A stretch of 64,000 bases of DNA from contig JAENWK010000001.1 of NCBI GenBank assembly GCA_016650045.1, forward strand, positions 17,094-81,093, read 5' to 3'. Below are positions 27,132-37,207 of the stretch, piece after piece (the stretch's first letter is position 1; every line of letters begins with the position of its first letter). The notes below the pieces were generated by a model, which ran no database searches, had not been told where the DNA came from, and saw only the letters and a program-made list of their open reading frames with translations. The stretch is from Eubacteriaceae bacterium. GTDB taxonomy: Bacteria; Bacillota; Clostridia; Eubacteriales; Eubacteriaceae. The position numbers and the translations under genes are program-made.

Positions 27132-28220
27132 TTAAAGCTTTTTTTTAGACTCAAAAGGAATTTGTTGTTGGATCGGCAGTGAAAGTTCGACTTTAAATAG
27201 ATGATGGAGTTGATGATAGTTAATCTTACCCAGATGTCTCACAATGATTCTTTTACAGGTATCTAAACCAATGCTGTTACTGTCAATGGGAGTTTCCCCG
27301 GAGCTTTGGAAATCAGTCATTGTTTTATTGCGCTGAACAATGCATAATTCTTTATTATTGAGGATAAGCCCAAGATCTACAGGTTGCTTGGGATCCGCAT
27401 ATTTCAAAATATTGGAAACCAGATTATCAAAGATCCGCCTCAGTTGTTTGAGGTCAACGGTTAATGAAAAATCCTGATCAATACAATTTTCAACAACCAG
27501 TTTGAATCCTCCTTCCTTTAGGGAGAAGGATATTTCTTCAATGATCTGAGAAATGAGCAGTTTGCCATCGTAGGTTTCAAAATGAAATGGAACATCACCA
27601 TTGTCTGCTAAAGCATGCTCAAAAAGACTGGTGATTAAACCTTTAATCTGGTAGGTCTTTTCAAGAGCAGCCTTAAGATAAGCTTTTTCCTTAATTGGAT
27701 CTCTTACCCGACCATCCTGTATGAGTTCCAGATAACAAACTATGGAAGTTAATGGGGTCCGTATATCGTGGAAAACAGAGGTAATTAACTGTTGATTATC
27801 TCGTTTGGCTTTTTCCTGAGATTTGATTTCCGCATCCAAAGCTCGACGCATTTCATTAATGCTTGTGGCCAGGGAAGATAGTTCATCCCGACCTCGAACG
27901 GGAATCGTATAGTCCATGCTGCCGCCTTCAATGATTTGGATGCTCTTTTGAATTTCATTAATATAGCGTATTTTTTTTCCCAAAAGAGAAATGAGGAGAA
28001 TAAGCATGAAGATACAGGGCAATACACTATACATAACAATGGACCAAAACTCGCTCATGATAAACCAGGGTTTTATAAAGGGAGTGACAAATATACTAAA
28101 AAGCATGGCGCAAATAAAAGCAATGGCCATGTATTTTAAAAAGGTGAAGCCCAGTCGGGAGAATAGAAAAAATTTTTTTCCAGGGTTTTCGGTTTGGTGA
28201 GAACTGTCTTTTTTAGTCAA
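27132..28220 (-). CDS. sensor histidine kinase (two TM, HAMP-like, HisKA), with poorly conserved ATP-lid motifs
   Basis: TTG 28220 overlaps the upstream stop (TTGACTAA). H-box SVFHDIRTPLTSI, N-box DNLVSNILKYA. The expected DxGxG and GxGLGL boxes read QRNKT and SNSIGLD. Confidence 0.75.
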   Translation of the reverse strand: MTKKDSSHQTENPGKKFFLFSRLGFTFLKYMAIAFICAMLFSIFVTPFIKPWFIMSEFWSIVMYSVLPCIFMLILLISLLGKKIRYINEIQKSIQIIEGGSMDYTIPVRGRDELSSLATSINEMRRALDAEIKSQEKAKRDNQQLITSVFHDIRTPLTSIVCYLELIQDGRVRDPIKEKAYLKAALEKTYQIKGLITSLFEHALADNGDVPFHFETYDGKLLISQIIEEISFSLKEGGFKLVVENCIDQDFSLTVDLKQLRRIFDNLVSNILKYADPKQPVDLGLILNNKELCIVQRNKTMTDFQSSGETPIDSNSIGLDTCKRIIVRHLGKINYHQLHHLFKVELSLPIQQQIPFESKKKL

Positions 28221-28461
28221 TGTAATATCCTTTCCCCCAGGCAGTTTTAATATATTGGGGTTCCCGGGGATTTTCTTCGATTTTTTCACGCAGGTTACGA
28301 ATATGAACCATAATGGTATCATCGGCAAGATCCACAGCCTCTTGTCCATTTTTGGCACTGACGATTTCAAAGTCTTCAGCTGAAAGGAGAATGTCTGCCA
28401 GTTCACGAATATCCGGACTGTCATCGGCCACTAAAATTTTTTGAATGCCCTGATTATTCAC
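28213..28461 (-). pseudogene. OmpR-family response regulator relic with a large in-frame internal deletion
   Basis: GTG 28461. KILVADDSPDIRELADILLSAEDFEIVSAKNGQEAVDL (first ~40 aa of a receiver domain) runs directly into ADDTIMVHIRNLREKIEENPREPQYIKTAWGKGYYID (last ~37 aa of a winged helix). The phospho-acceptor Asp region and recognition helix are missing. Confidence 0.8.
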
Positions 28462-28643
28462 TGAGTCACCGACCTTTCTTAAAAATACTTTTGCAACACT
28501 ATTGTAAACTGAAATTGCGGATAAAGCAATACTTGTCCGATTCTGCAAAGCAAAACCCAGGTCTGAATAATTTGATAAATTTGGGTTTAATTCTTGATCA
28601 AAATGAGGTATAATAATCCTAGCAAATGATGAGGAGAAAAAGA

Positions 28644-29144
28644 ATGAGTTTATATGATGAATGGAAAAACTACATAGAAGAGAATTCCAAAACTGAAGAA
28701 GAACAAAATAAGTTTTGGGAAAAATATTGTGCAGACGAAAAGGTATTATACCAAAAGATACTGAGCAATAAATTAAAGATCATTGAAGGCACAGTTGAAG
28801 GCCTGGCAAATGAAAATAAAATGATAGCTTCCCAGTTTATGGGATTTTTAGATGGCATTAACGACAGTCTTGTAACATCCCTGGATCTGGATGGAGTCGC
28901 ATTGGATACCGATATAAAGCTGGAAATTGATTTTGAAAAGCTCTATACAAACATGCTGACCGTACCGGCAGAATGGCTGTACTCCCTGGAAGAATGGGAT
29001 AATATTTTAAGCGAAGACAAACGCGTTGAGCTTACAAAAGAGTACAAGCGTTCAAAAACAGTGGTCAATGAAGTTAAAGTTGGCCGTAACGAACCTTGTC
29101 CCTGTGGTTCCGGCAAAAAATTCAAAAAGTGCTGTGGCCGTTAA
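28644..29144 (+). CDS. SEC-C motif domain protein
   Basis: ATG 28644 lies 7 nt after GGAG. C-terminal [21 protein letters not shown] zinc motif. The N-terminal ~145 aa are of unknown function. Confidence 0.75.
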   Translation: MSLYDEWKNYIEENSKTEEEQNKFWEKYCADEKVLYQKILSNKLKIIEGTVEGLANENKMIASQFMGFLDGINDSLVTSLDLDGVALDTDIKLEIDFEKLYTNMLTVPAEWLYSLEEWDNILSEDKRVELTKEYKRSKTVVNEVKVGRNEPCPCGSGKKFKKCCGR

Positions 29145-29158
29145 TTTAAAAATGATTG

Positions 29159-29205
29159 AAAAAGCCTTGAAATTTGGAGAGTTTCTCCAGACTTCAAGGC
29201 TTTTT
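29159..29205. terminator. bidirectional intrinsic terminator between convergent genes
   Basis: Perfect 13-bp arms aaaaagccttgaa / ttcaaggcttttt with an inner ggaga-gtt-tctcc hairpin. A and T runs on both sides. Confidence 0.8.
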
Positions 29206-29209
29206 CATT

Positions 29210-30547
29210 TTAATTTTCAAGCATTTCATGGATATAAAAAAGGGTAATCATGGAAAGAGAAATATTGGGAGTGAATTTACACAGGAAAGCATTCATTTTT
29301 TCACGGGATAGATCTCCGCGAATGCTTACAAAAACAATGTAGAAAGTAATAAAGTTATATCGGCGAAAGTTATTATTAGCAGGTACTAGAAAATCCATCA
29401 TGATTGCAGGGTTTTCAAGAAGGGTGAGATTTTCTTCAAGTAGGGTATTTAGTTTTTTTAAGATAGCTTGAAAGAAAAAATTAATGGAATAATTTTCCAA
29501 TCGAGGAACCCCAAGACTTTTGGCAGTGATTTCAAGAAGGGACAAAGCCAAAGGCTGATTTCTGAACGTGGTTTTTTTTAATAGATCTTCAAGACCAATC
29601 ATGATGCTTTGCCGATCAGTGACTTTAGGATTACCAAGTAACTCTATGAGCTTTTGCTCCTTGATTTTATCAGACAGTGGCAGTCCAAGCTGGCTTTTGA
29701 ATTTCTCGAAAATAAAATATTCCCTTTGAGTATCAATGTAATAATGTTTGCCCTCCAGAGCCCCAAATGTTTTCATGGCATCCAAATAACCTAACTGAAT
29801 GCTGTGGTCAATGGTTTTGGAATTAAAGTTCAAGGTCCCCCCTAGAAACTCGGAATTATTAACAGTGACAATTTTAATGTTTTTATCGCGAACCCATTTT
29901 CGTATGGCCAGAACTGGAAATTCTACAGAAATAATCTGATTGAAGTTTTGTTCAAGCATAAAATTAATGGGAACATTGTCGAAAAACCCGCCATCAATGT
30001 AGGTTTTACCATCAATTTCCTGTTTTTGAAAAATTGGAAGAGTGGCACTGGCAAGTAAATAATCAATGAGCTGTCCCTGGGGAATATCTTCAATCATTAA
30101 TTGCTTGGGTTTAAGACTGGTAAGATCCACAGTGACTAAACCAAAGCGAACGGAAGATTTCCTGATCGCCTCTTCAGAGATTAAACGGGTGAGATTATTT
30201 CGCAAAGGAGTAATATCAAAACCATCGGAAAAGAGTAACGTTAAAAAACCATCACGAAAAGTATCAAAACTTTCCTTTGACCAAGTTTCAACATAGTTAT
30301 TCGTGACTGTTTTACTGAGATTTAAAACGTGGGTTATCGTAATCTTTGACCAAAATTCCATGGCAATGTCAAAGTTGTTTTGAGCAATCATGGCAGCATT
30401 AATGGCGCCAACCGAGGTGCCAATCACGGCACCAATGGAATATTCACACTCCCGAATGGCTTTCCAAACTCCCATTTCAAAGGCACCTTTAGCACCACCG
30501 CCACTGAGAACCAGGCCATATTCTCCTTGAGACAACATAATTTTCAC
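29210..30547 (-). CDS. patatin-like phospholipase family protein
   Basis: Oxyanion GGGAKG and nucleophile elbow GTSVG. Catalytic Asp region YIDGGFFDN. About 200-aa C-terminal extension. Confidence 0.85.
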   Translation of the reverse strand: MKIMLSQGEYGLVLSGGGAKGAFEMGVWKAIRECEYSIGAVIGTSVGAINAAMIAQNNFDIAMEFWSKITITHVLNLSKTVTNNYVETWSKESFDTFRDGFLTLLFSDGFDITPLRNNLTRLISEEAIRKSSVRFGLVTVDLTSLKPKQLMIEDIPQGQLIDYLLASATLPIFQKQEIDGKTYIDGGFFDNVPINFMLEQNFNQIISVEFPVLAIRKWVRDKNIKIVTVNNSEFLGGTLNFNSKTIDHSIQLGYLDAMKTFGALEGKHYYIDTQREYFIFEKFKSQLGLPLSDKIKEQKLIELLGNPKVTDRQSIMIGLEDLLKKTTFRNQPLALSLLEITAKSLGVPRLENYSINFFFQAILKKLNTLLEENLTLLENPAIMMDFLVPANNNFRRYNFITFYIVFVSIRGDLSREKMNAFLCKFTPNISLSMITLFYIHEMLEN

Positions 30548-30555
30548 CTCTCTGT

Positions 30556-30603
30556 AAAAAAAAGAAGCCTTTATGGCAGATGACGAACACCCGCCATAAA
30601 GGC
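30556..30603 (-). terminator. intrinsic terminator after the membrane-protein gene
   Basis: On the minus strand, gcctttatggc...gccataaaggc followed by a T-rich run (ttcttttttttac). Confidence 0.7.
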
Positions 30604-30624
30604 ATTCAAGTATTTAAGTTAAAT

Positions 30625-31494
30625 TTAGTAATAAGTGCCATTGAACATACCATTAAACATGCCGTTGAACAACCCTGTTGCTCCCAAACCAACACAGGCA
30701 ATGAGAACAATCAATGTAAGAGAAAGTCCGACAATGGAACAGATTAAACCTGCCAGGGCCATTCCCGAAGGGCGTCCCAGGGCTTTTTGTTCCTTCATGG
30801 CGATCATTGCAAAAATGAGGCCTACAGCACCAATGAGGGCACTGAATCCAATTAAAGTAATACAGCTGAGAATTGAAAAAATACCCAGGGAAAGCGCGAT
30901 AATGGATTTAGAGTCATAGTTGACTTCCAGTACTTCTTCGGGATGGCGTTCATCATAGCCTTCTTTATTTCGGATGACAAAAACAAAAATCGGTCCCATA
31001 AAAGGGAAAAGAATACTCAATACAAGGAAAAGTACCCGATGGTCTTTATTATAAATACTGAAAAGCCAAAACAATGCAGTGAATTGATAAACACTGAGGG
31101 CCAGGGAAAGGAGAATGATGAAAACCATCCCAATTTGTGGAATCAATCCAAGAATACTCATCATCAGTGCAAAAGCAAAAGGCGCCAATGGCAAAAATAT
31201 TTTCGCATAGGGAATATGCAATGTACTGATAGAGACATCATCATTAATGAGTTCACCCATGAGGTAACCGCTGGCAATAGGAATCCAAGCCATCCAGGCA
31301 TGGTCTAATTTCCGATTTTTAGCCATGGTATAAAGGCCGATGGCCATAAAGAAATAACTAATGATTCCAATAATAAGTGCAGTGACTAAGACAATGAATA
31401 AAATAGATAAAAGAACCAGCAATAGACCATACAAAAGACTTGACCCTGAGCCAGAGCCAATCCCACCATTATAATAGGGTTGAAGCGCATTCAT
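30625..31494 (-). CDS. polytopic membrane protein, unknown function (DUF4190-like C-terminal segment)
   Basis: 289 aa with about 8 predicted TM stretches. Gly/Ser-rich N-terminus. C-terminal GMFN x3 repeat. Confidence 0.6.
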   Translation of the reverse strand: MNALQPYYNGGIGSGSGSSLLYGLLLVLLSILFIVLVTALIIGIISYFFMAIGLYTMAKNRKLDHAWMAWIPIASGYLMGELINDDVSISTLHIPYAKIFLPLAPFAFALMMSILGLIPQIGMVFIILLSLALSVYQFTALFWLFSIYNKDHRVLFLVLSILFPFMGPIFVFVIRNKEGYDERHPEEVLEVNYDSKSIIALSLGIFSILSCITLIGFSALIGAVGLIFAMIAMKEQKALGRPSGMALAGLICSIVGLSLTLIVLIACVGLGATGLFNGMFNGMFNGTYY

Positions 31495-31692
31495 AATAAA
31501 ACCTCCATAAAAATTATTTCTTTAAAGGATTATACCCCAAAAGAATCAAAACAACTAATTTTTCCAATGTTTTTCATAAAGTTTTTGGGGTGTTTTCAGG
31601 AGGAATAAGATGCCAAATGTGATAACAAAAAGGCTGATCCATTGGGATGTTGAAAGAAATAAAAACGAGCCTCTGGGATCAGAGCGAAAAAG

Positions 31693-33111
31693 TCAAGAAT
31701 TATGGATTTCTTTCAACCTTTTAACTAAATCAAATGCTACATGATTAATGGTTTGGGAGCCGGCCACAAGGACTAGATCATTGGGGCATAAACGCTCGGT
31801 GAGGTAATTAACAATATCCTCAAAGGCGGAAATTGTCACGGTTGGTATGTGGTATTTTTCTTCAATGGCTTTTTGAAGGTCTTCCGAGTAAATGTTCCAG
31901 TCATTACCTTCACGGTCGGAATAAATATCATTAAGGATGACATAGTCCGCTTTGGCAAAGGCATCCACAAAGTTATCGAAGAAAAAGAAAGTTCTGGAAT
32001 ACGTGTGAGGTTGGAAAACAACCCACAGTTTATGATGCTCATAATTCAGGCATGCATCCACAACGACCTTAAGTTCTGTGGGATGATGGGCGTAATCTTC
32101 ATAAACGTTAATGCCATTCACTTCACCTCGGAATTCGAACCGGCGTTTAGCACCGGTAAAGCATGCCATGGCACTGATGGAGGTTTCAACCGGTATGGTA
32201 AGAAAGTCCCCACAGATAATGGCCGAAAGAGCATCGAGAACATTATGCTCTCCGGGAATAATAAGCTCATAATGGCCGTAAAAATTTTTCCCTTGAAAGA
32301 CATCAAAACTGGGTTTGCCTGTTTTATCGTACTCTATATTCTCAGGATGCCAGTCGTTCCTGGGATCTAAGCCGTAGGTAACCACCGGACAGGCAAGATC
32401 TTTAACAACATCTAAAACATCCTGGGAATCCCCATAGGCAATCATGAGACCGGTTGATGGCAGAATCTTACCGAATTTATGAAAGGATTCTTTGATTTGA
32501 GCAAGACCCCCGGTAAAGTAGTCAAGGTGATCCTCTTCAATGTTGGTGATAATGCCAATGGAATGGGATGTTTTTAAAAAGCTATCCACATATTCACAGG
32601 CTTCCACCACAAAAAAGTCCTTTGAAGCTACCACGGCATTACCGCCAAATTCGGAAAGACTTCCGCCGATGCTCAGGCTGGGGTCTAACTTGGCGTATTG
32701 AAGAAGGCAGGCCACCATGGAAGATGTGGTTGTTTTACCATGGGTGCCTGAAATTGCAATGGTTTTATCAAAGATATGAGAAAAAAGCCCGAGAAAATTC
32801 GAACGTTCGATTTTGGGAAGGCCCAAATCAGTTGCTTTAATCATATCAGGATTATCCTCATGGATAGCTGCGGAATAAACAACACAATCGGTGCCCACGG
32901 GAATATTATCATAGGCATGGCCAATATGTACAAGAACCCCAAGACCCTCTAATTTTTCAACATAGGCGGAAGTAATCATATCAGAACCTTCAACAGTGAA
33001 ACCCTGTGATAAGGACATAGAGGCAAGACCACTCATGCTGCTTCCACCGATGCCAATGAAGAATAATTTATGTATGGGTTTGTTAAATTTTTTTTCAAGT
33101 TGTGCTTTCAA
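31693..33111 (-). CDS. murC: UDP-N-acetylmuramate--L-alanine ligase
   Basis: GIGGSSMSGLA and GTHGKTTTS Mur ligase motifs. 472 aa. Confidence 0.9.
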   Translation of the reverse strand: MKAQLEKKFNKPIHKLFFIGIGGSSMSGLASMSLSQGFTVEGSDMITSAYVEKLEGLGVLVHIGHAYDNIPVGTDCVVYSAAIHEDNPDMIKATDLGLPKIERSNFLGLFSHIFDKTIAISGTHGKTTTSSMVACLLQYAKLDPSLSIGGSLSEFGGNAVVASKDFFVVEACEYVDSFLKTSHSIGIITNIEEDHLDYFTGGLAQIKESFHKFGKILPSTGLMIAYGDSQDVLDVVKDLACPVVTYGLDPRNDWHPENIEYDKTGKPSFDVFQGKNFYGHYELIIPGEHNVLDALSAIICGDFLTIPVETSISAMACFTGAKRRFEFRGEVNGINVYEDYAHHPTELKVVVDACLNYEHHKLWVVFQPHTYSRTFFFFDNFVDAFAKADYVILNDIYSDREGNDWNIYSEDLQKAIEEKYHIPTVTISAFEDIVNYLTERLCPNDLVLVAGSQTINHVAFDLVKRLKEIHNS

Positions 33112-33375
33112 ATTATTAGCTCCTTTATAAACAATGAATTTCTTAATAAATTCTTAACAACTCATATGTTTGTATGCTTTTTTCCAGTTTAAATAGAATA
33201 AAATGATCAGAGAGGTCCTTATAAATCCCCTTAAACACTTCATCAGAAATTATAACATAGGAGTTTCACTTGAGTAAAGGTTAAAAATAACTTGCGCTTT
33301 TGATGAAATATGAATAAAATTATAAATATTAAAAATAACGTTCGGATTTTTAAAAAAAATCAACACAGGTGGGAA

Positions 33376-34179
33376 ATGAAGAAAAACGAAAGAATCAGTA
33401 TCATATCACAAGTATTATCAGATCATCCCAACGAGGTTTTTAGCTATAATTATTTTACCAATTTATTGGACGCAGGAAAATCCAGTGTTTGTGAAGATGT
33501 TGCCATTGTTAAAAGCGCTTTTCAAATCATTGGGGTAGGCCGCGTGGAAACTTTCTCAGGAGCCACCGGTGGCGTTGTTTATCGACCGGAAGTGTTGGAA
33601 TCCGAGGAAGTGGCGCTCCTTGAAGAAATCGCAAAGCTTTTGCTGGAGCCCTGGCGTCGCATCCAGGGAGGGTTTATTTACTATAGTGATATTCTTTCCA
33701 ATCCACGATATTCTAAAAATATCGGTCGTATTATTGCATCAAAATATGGCAGTAAAGGCATTGATTATGTGGTTACCACAGAAACAAAAGGCATTCCGGC
33801 AGCACTGGAGACGGCACGGTATCTCAGTGTCCCCATGGGTCTCATCAGACGATCCAATCGTGTGACTGAAGGGGCAACCACCAGTGTTAATTACATATCA
33901 GGTTCATCCAATAAAATTAAAACCATGTATCTGAGCCGACGCATTGACTTAAAAGGAAAAAAGGTTTTAATTATTGACGATTTTATGAAAGGTGGCGGGA
34001 CTGCCAAGGGAATGACCAATCTTATGGAAGAAGTTGGTGCAAAAGTAATGGGAATCTGTGTTATTTTTGTGACCAAATCGCCGCTGGACAAACTTGTGGA
34101 TGATTTTACCCCGCTTATTATTATGAACGATGATGATATGCAAGAGGCAGGATTCAAGGTCACTTTGTACTCAAAATAA
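33376..34179 (+). CDS. purR: pur operon repressor
   Basis: ATG 33376 follows AGGTGGG. N-terminal PurR wHTH (RISIISQVL) plus PRT domain VLIIDDFMKGGGT. Confidence 0.85.
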   Translation: MKKNERISIISQVLSDHPNEVFSYNYFTNLLDAGKSSVCEDVAIVKSAFQIIGVGRVETFSGATGGVVYRPEVLESEEVALLEEIAKLLLEPWRRIQGGFIYYSDILSNPRYSKNIGRIIASKYGSKGIDYVVTTETKGIPAALETARYLSVPMGLIRRSNRVTEGATTSVNYISGSSNKIKTMYLSRRIDLKGKKVLIIDDFMKGGGTAKGMTNLMEEVGAKVMGICVIFVTKSPLDKLVDDFTPLIIMNDDDMQEAGFKVTLYSK

Positions 34180-34406
34180 CAGAACATTCATTGATTATGT
34201 TGCATTTAATGAGATAACAATCAATGAATAAACGTTTTCATTCCAAAGGCTTGGAATGATGAATCCATTTGTTTTTTTTAACCCTTTTAAAAAACATTAA
34301 GAATTCAAAAAAATTGATGTTTTTGTTTTAATATTTCTCAATATGTGGTAGGATGTAGCTAAAGTTAGACAGATGATTTTATTTCAAAGGGGAGGCTTAC
34401 TACAAG

Positions 34407-34730
34407 ATGGAAATAACGGACGTAAGAGTACGGAAAACGTATCCAGAAGGTAAAATGAGAGCGATTGTCTCAGTTACTTTTGATGACCAATTTGTTGTAC
34501 ATGATATCAAAGTGATTGAAGGTCAAAGTGGATTTTTCATTGCAATGCCCAGTCGAAAAACGCCGGATGGCGAGTTTAAAGACATTGCCCATCCCATTAA
34601 CATGGGTACCCGTCGTGAAATGCAGGAAAGGGTATTGAAAGCTTACGAAAAGGCCATCGAAGATGATACCCAGTTAGTTAAAGAAGAAGTCGAAGAAGTA
34701 GAGCTGGAAGTAGATTACGAAGAAGAATAA
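34407..34730 (+). CDS. spoVG: septation/regulatory protein SpoVG
   Basis: [31 protein letters not shown] is highly characteristic. Confidence 0.95.
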   Translation: MEITDVRVRKTYPEGKMRAIVSVTFDDQFVVHDIKVIEGQSGFFIAMPSRKTPDGEFKDIAHPINMGTRREMQERVLKAYEKAIEDDTQLVKEEVEEVELEVDYEEE

Positions 34731-34744
34731 TATGATAAAAAAAA

Positions 34745-34767
34745 GGGGAAATCATTTCCCTTTTTTT
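34745..34767 (+). terminator. intrinsic terminator after spoVG
   Basis: ggggaaat-c-atttccc hairpin followed by T7. Confidence 0.6.
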
Positions 34768-34805
34768 GTTGTTGATAAATAGATGATGATGGAGAATATG
34801 AAACC

Positions 34806-36164
34806 ATGAATGAATCAAAAACAATTATCCTGGCAGCCGGCCAGGGAACTCGGATGCGGTCTCAAAAATCAAAGGTGCTGCACCAGGTTTGCGAAAAAAA
34901 TATTTTGGATTATGTGATTGATGCCAGTAAAGGTTCAGGAATTGACGCTATTGCAGTGATTGTGGGGTATCAGGCAGAGGAAGTTGAAAAAAGTCTTTGT
35001 CCTGGGATTGCCGCCATACTCCAGAAGGAACAGTTAGGAACTGGACATGCGGTTTTGCAGGCACTGCCCTTTTTTAAAGAACTAAAGGGAAATCTCATTG
35101 TTCTGGTAGGGGATGCTCCACTCATACGTCCTGAAACCATTAAGGGTCTGGTAACTGAGCATGAAGCCCGAGGCCATGGTGCGACGGTGCTCAGTGCTGA
35201 ATTTCAAGATCCCACTGGTTATGGACGCATGGTAAAAAATTATAAAGGTGAGCTTTTGAAAATCGTGGAAGAGGGAGATGCCACAGTCGAAGAGAAAAAA
35301 ATCCGGGAAATTAATTCTGGCATGTATTGCTTTGATGCTCAAACCCTGATTCGGTCTTTACAAGAGCTTAACACCAATAATACCCAGGGGGAATATTATC
35401 TCACCGATGTCATTGAGATTATGGGAAAGCTTGGGAAAACAACCGGCACCTATGTGACTCCGGATTATGAAGATATAAAAGCCATTAACTCCAAGGTTCA
35501 ACTTTCAGAAGTGACAGCTATTATGAGAAAACGGATTAATACAAAGCTTATGGACAATGGAGTAGTGATGATTGATCCGGCCGCAACCTATATCAGTAAC
35601 GAAGTCATGGTTGGTCAGGACAGTACCCTGTATCCCGGCGTGATTCTGGAAGGGAAAACCGTTATCGGCAAGGATTGTCTGATTGGCGCCAACAGCCGGT
35701 TGGTAAATGCTATCATCGGTAATCAGGTGACAATCCGGAATTCAACTATTTTAGACAGTTCCGTGGATGATAATACCAGTGTTGGTCCCTATGCCTATAT
35801 CCGACCGGGAAGCCGAATTGGTAAGCATTGTAAGGTTGGGGATTTTGTTGAAGTGAAAAATTCCACCATGGCCGACGGTGCTAAGGCAGCCCACCTCACG
35901 TATATTGGGGACGGGGATGTGGGAGAAAATGTGAACCTGGGCTGCGGCACGGTTTTTGTAAACTACGACGGCAAGAAAAAAGATCGAACTGTGGTGGAGA
36001 AGAATGCCTTTATTGGATGTAATACCAATCTCATTGCCCCGGTAACCGTAAAGGAAGGTTCCTATATAGCTGCGGGATCAACCATTACCGACGATGTGCC
36101 CGAAGATAGTTTAGCTATTGCAAGAGCACGACAAGTGAATAAGGTTGGCTATTTGAAAAAATAA
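34806..36164 (+). CDS. glmU: bifunctional UDP-N-acetylglucosamine pyrophosphorylase / glucosamine-1-phosphate N-acetyltransferase
   Basis: LAAGQGTRM motif. C-terminal hexapeptide repeats. Confidence 0.95.
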   Translation: MNESKTIILAAGQGTRMRSQKSKVLHQVCEKNILDYVIDASKGSGIDAIAVIVGYQAEEVEKSLCPGIAAILQKEQLGTGHAVLQALPFFKELKGNLIVLVGDAPLIRPETIKGLVTEHEARGHGATVLSAEFQDPTGYGRMVKNYKGELLKIVEEGDATVEEKKIREINSGMYCFDAQTLIRSLQELNTNNTQGEYYLTDVIEIMGKLGKTTGTYVTPDYEDIKAINSKVQLSEVTAIMRKRINTKLMDNGVVMIDPAATYISNEVMVGQDSTLYPGVILEGKTVIGKDCLIGANSRLVNAIIGNQVTIRNSTILDSSVDDNTSVGPYAYIRPGSRIGKHCKVGDFVEVKNSTMADGAKAAHLTYIGDGDVGENVNLGCGTVFVNYDGKKKDRTVVEKNAFIGCNTNLIAPVTVKEGSYIAAGSTITDDVPEDSLAIARARQVNKVGYLKK

Positions 36165-36232
36165 GCTTGCTAAATTTATAAATCGTGTCATTATTATAGA
36201 ATAAAGAAAATTAAGAAGAGGTATGAGAACTT

Positions 36233-37192
36233 ATGGATGGAAAGTATAGTGGAATTAAGATTATTGCCGGGAACGCAAACCTTCCTCTGGCAAATGAAAT
36301 CGCAGATTATTTAGAAGTACAGTTGTGCAATGCAGAGGTTGTAACTTTCAGTGATGGAGAAATTGGGGTTAATGTTTTTGAATCAGTCCGTGGCGCGGAT
36401 GTATTTGTGATCCAGTCCACAGGAAATCCGGTCAATCATAATCTCATGGAATTATTAATCCTCATTGATTCCATGAAACGTGCTTCGGCAGGGCGAATTA
36501 ATGCTGTTATTCCATATTACGGCTATGCCAGGCAGGATCGTAAGGCAAAATCACGGGATCCAATTACCGCAAAATTAGTGGCCAATCTCTTAACGACCGC
36601 TGGAGCCGATCGGGTGATTACCATGGATCTTCACTCCAATCAGATCCAGGGATTTTTTGATATTCCCCTTGATCATTTATCCGGTGGTGGACTTATTACC
36701 GAATATTATAAAGAAAAGAACCTGGAAAACATGGTGGTTGTATCTCCTGATGTCGGCAGTGTTAAGCGTTCCCGTAACCTGTCCCGTAACCTGGGCTGTC
36801 CTTTTGCTATTATTGATAAAGACCGACCCCGGGCCAACGAAACAATTGTCATGAATGTTATTGGTGATGTTAAAGGCAAAAATTGCATTATGATTGATGA
36901 TATGATTGATACTGCCGGAACCATTACCTCCGGGGCTAATGCACTCCTCGATCTTGGCGCTAATTCCGTCTATGCAGCCTGTAGCCATGGTGTCTTTTCA
37001 GGACCTGCCATTCAGCGGATTCAGGATTCAGCCATTAAAGAATTAGTCACTCTGAATACCCTGGTGATTCCCGAAAAAAATCGTATTGAGAAAATAAAAA
37101 TTCTTTCCACAGGCACCCTTTTTGGCCGAGCCATTGATTATGTTCATTTTGGCCGTTCACTCAGTAAGCTTTTTGTTGGAAGATACGTTTAG
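36233..37192 (+). CDS. prs: ribose-phosphate pyrophosphokinase
   Basis: YARQDRK and PRPP-binding [12 protein letters not shown] motifs. Confidence 0.95.
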   Translation: MDGKYSGIKIIAGNANLPLANEIADYLEVQLCNAEVVTFSDGEIGVNVFESVRGADVFVIQSTGNPVNHNLMELLILIDSMKRASAGRINAVIPYYGYARQDRKAKSRDPITAKLVANLLTTAGADRVITMDLHSNQIQGFFDIPLDHLSGGGLITEYYKEKNLENMVVVSPDVGSVKRSRNLSRNLGCPFAIIDKDRPRANETIVMNVIGDVKGKNCIMIDDMIDTAGTITSGANALLDLGANSVYAACSHGVFSGPAIQRIQDSAIKELVTLNTLVIPEKNRIEKIKILSTGTLFGRAIDYVHFGRSLSKLFVGRYV

Positions 37193-37207
37193 GACTGGTA
37201 GAAAACC

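Noticed and set aside
29210-30547. Patatin-like lipase as a possible antiphage (CBASS-type) effector
   Set aside because: There is no cyclase, sensor or other defence-associated partner gene nearby. It is flanked by its own terminators and looks like a stand-alone housekeeping-type patatin.
30634-30675. 12-bp tandem repeat encoding GMFN x3 at the C-terminus of the membrane protein
   Set aside because: It is a short in-frame coding repeat. It could vary in copy number but has no functional implication that can be supported from sequence.
31610-31744. 44-aa ORF (MPNVITKRLIHWDVERNKNEPLGSERKSQELWISFNLLTKSNAT) with a strong AGGAGG RBS, antisense to the murC 3' end
   Set aside because: It is very short, has no recognisable features and overlaps the murC coding end. 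The purine-rich match may be fortuitous. It would be worth a look only if ribosome profiling data exist.
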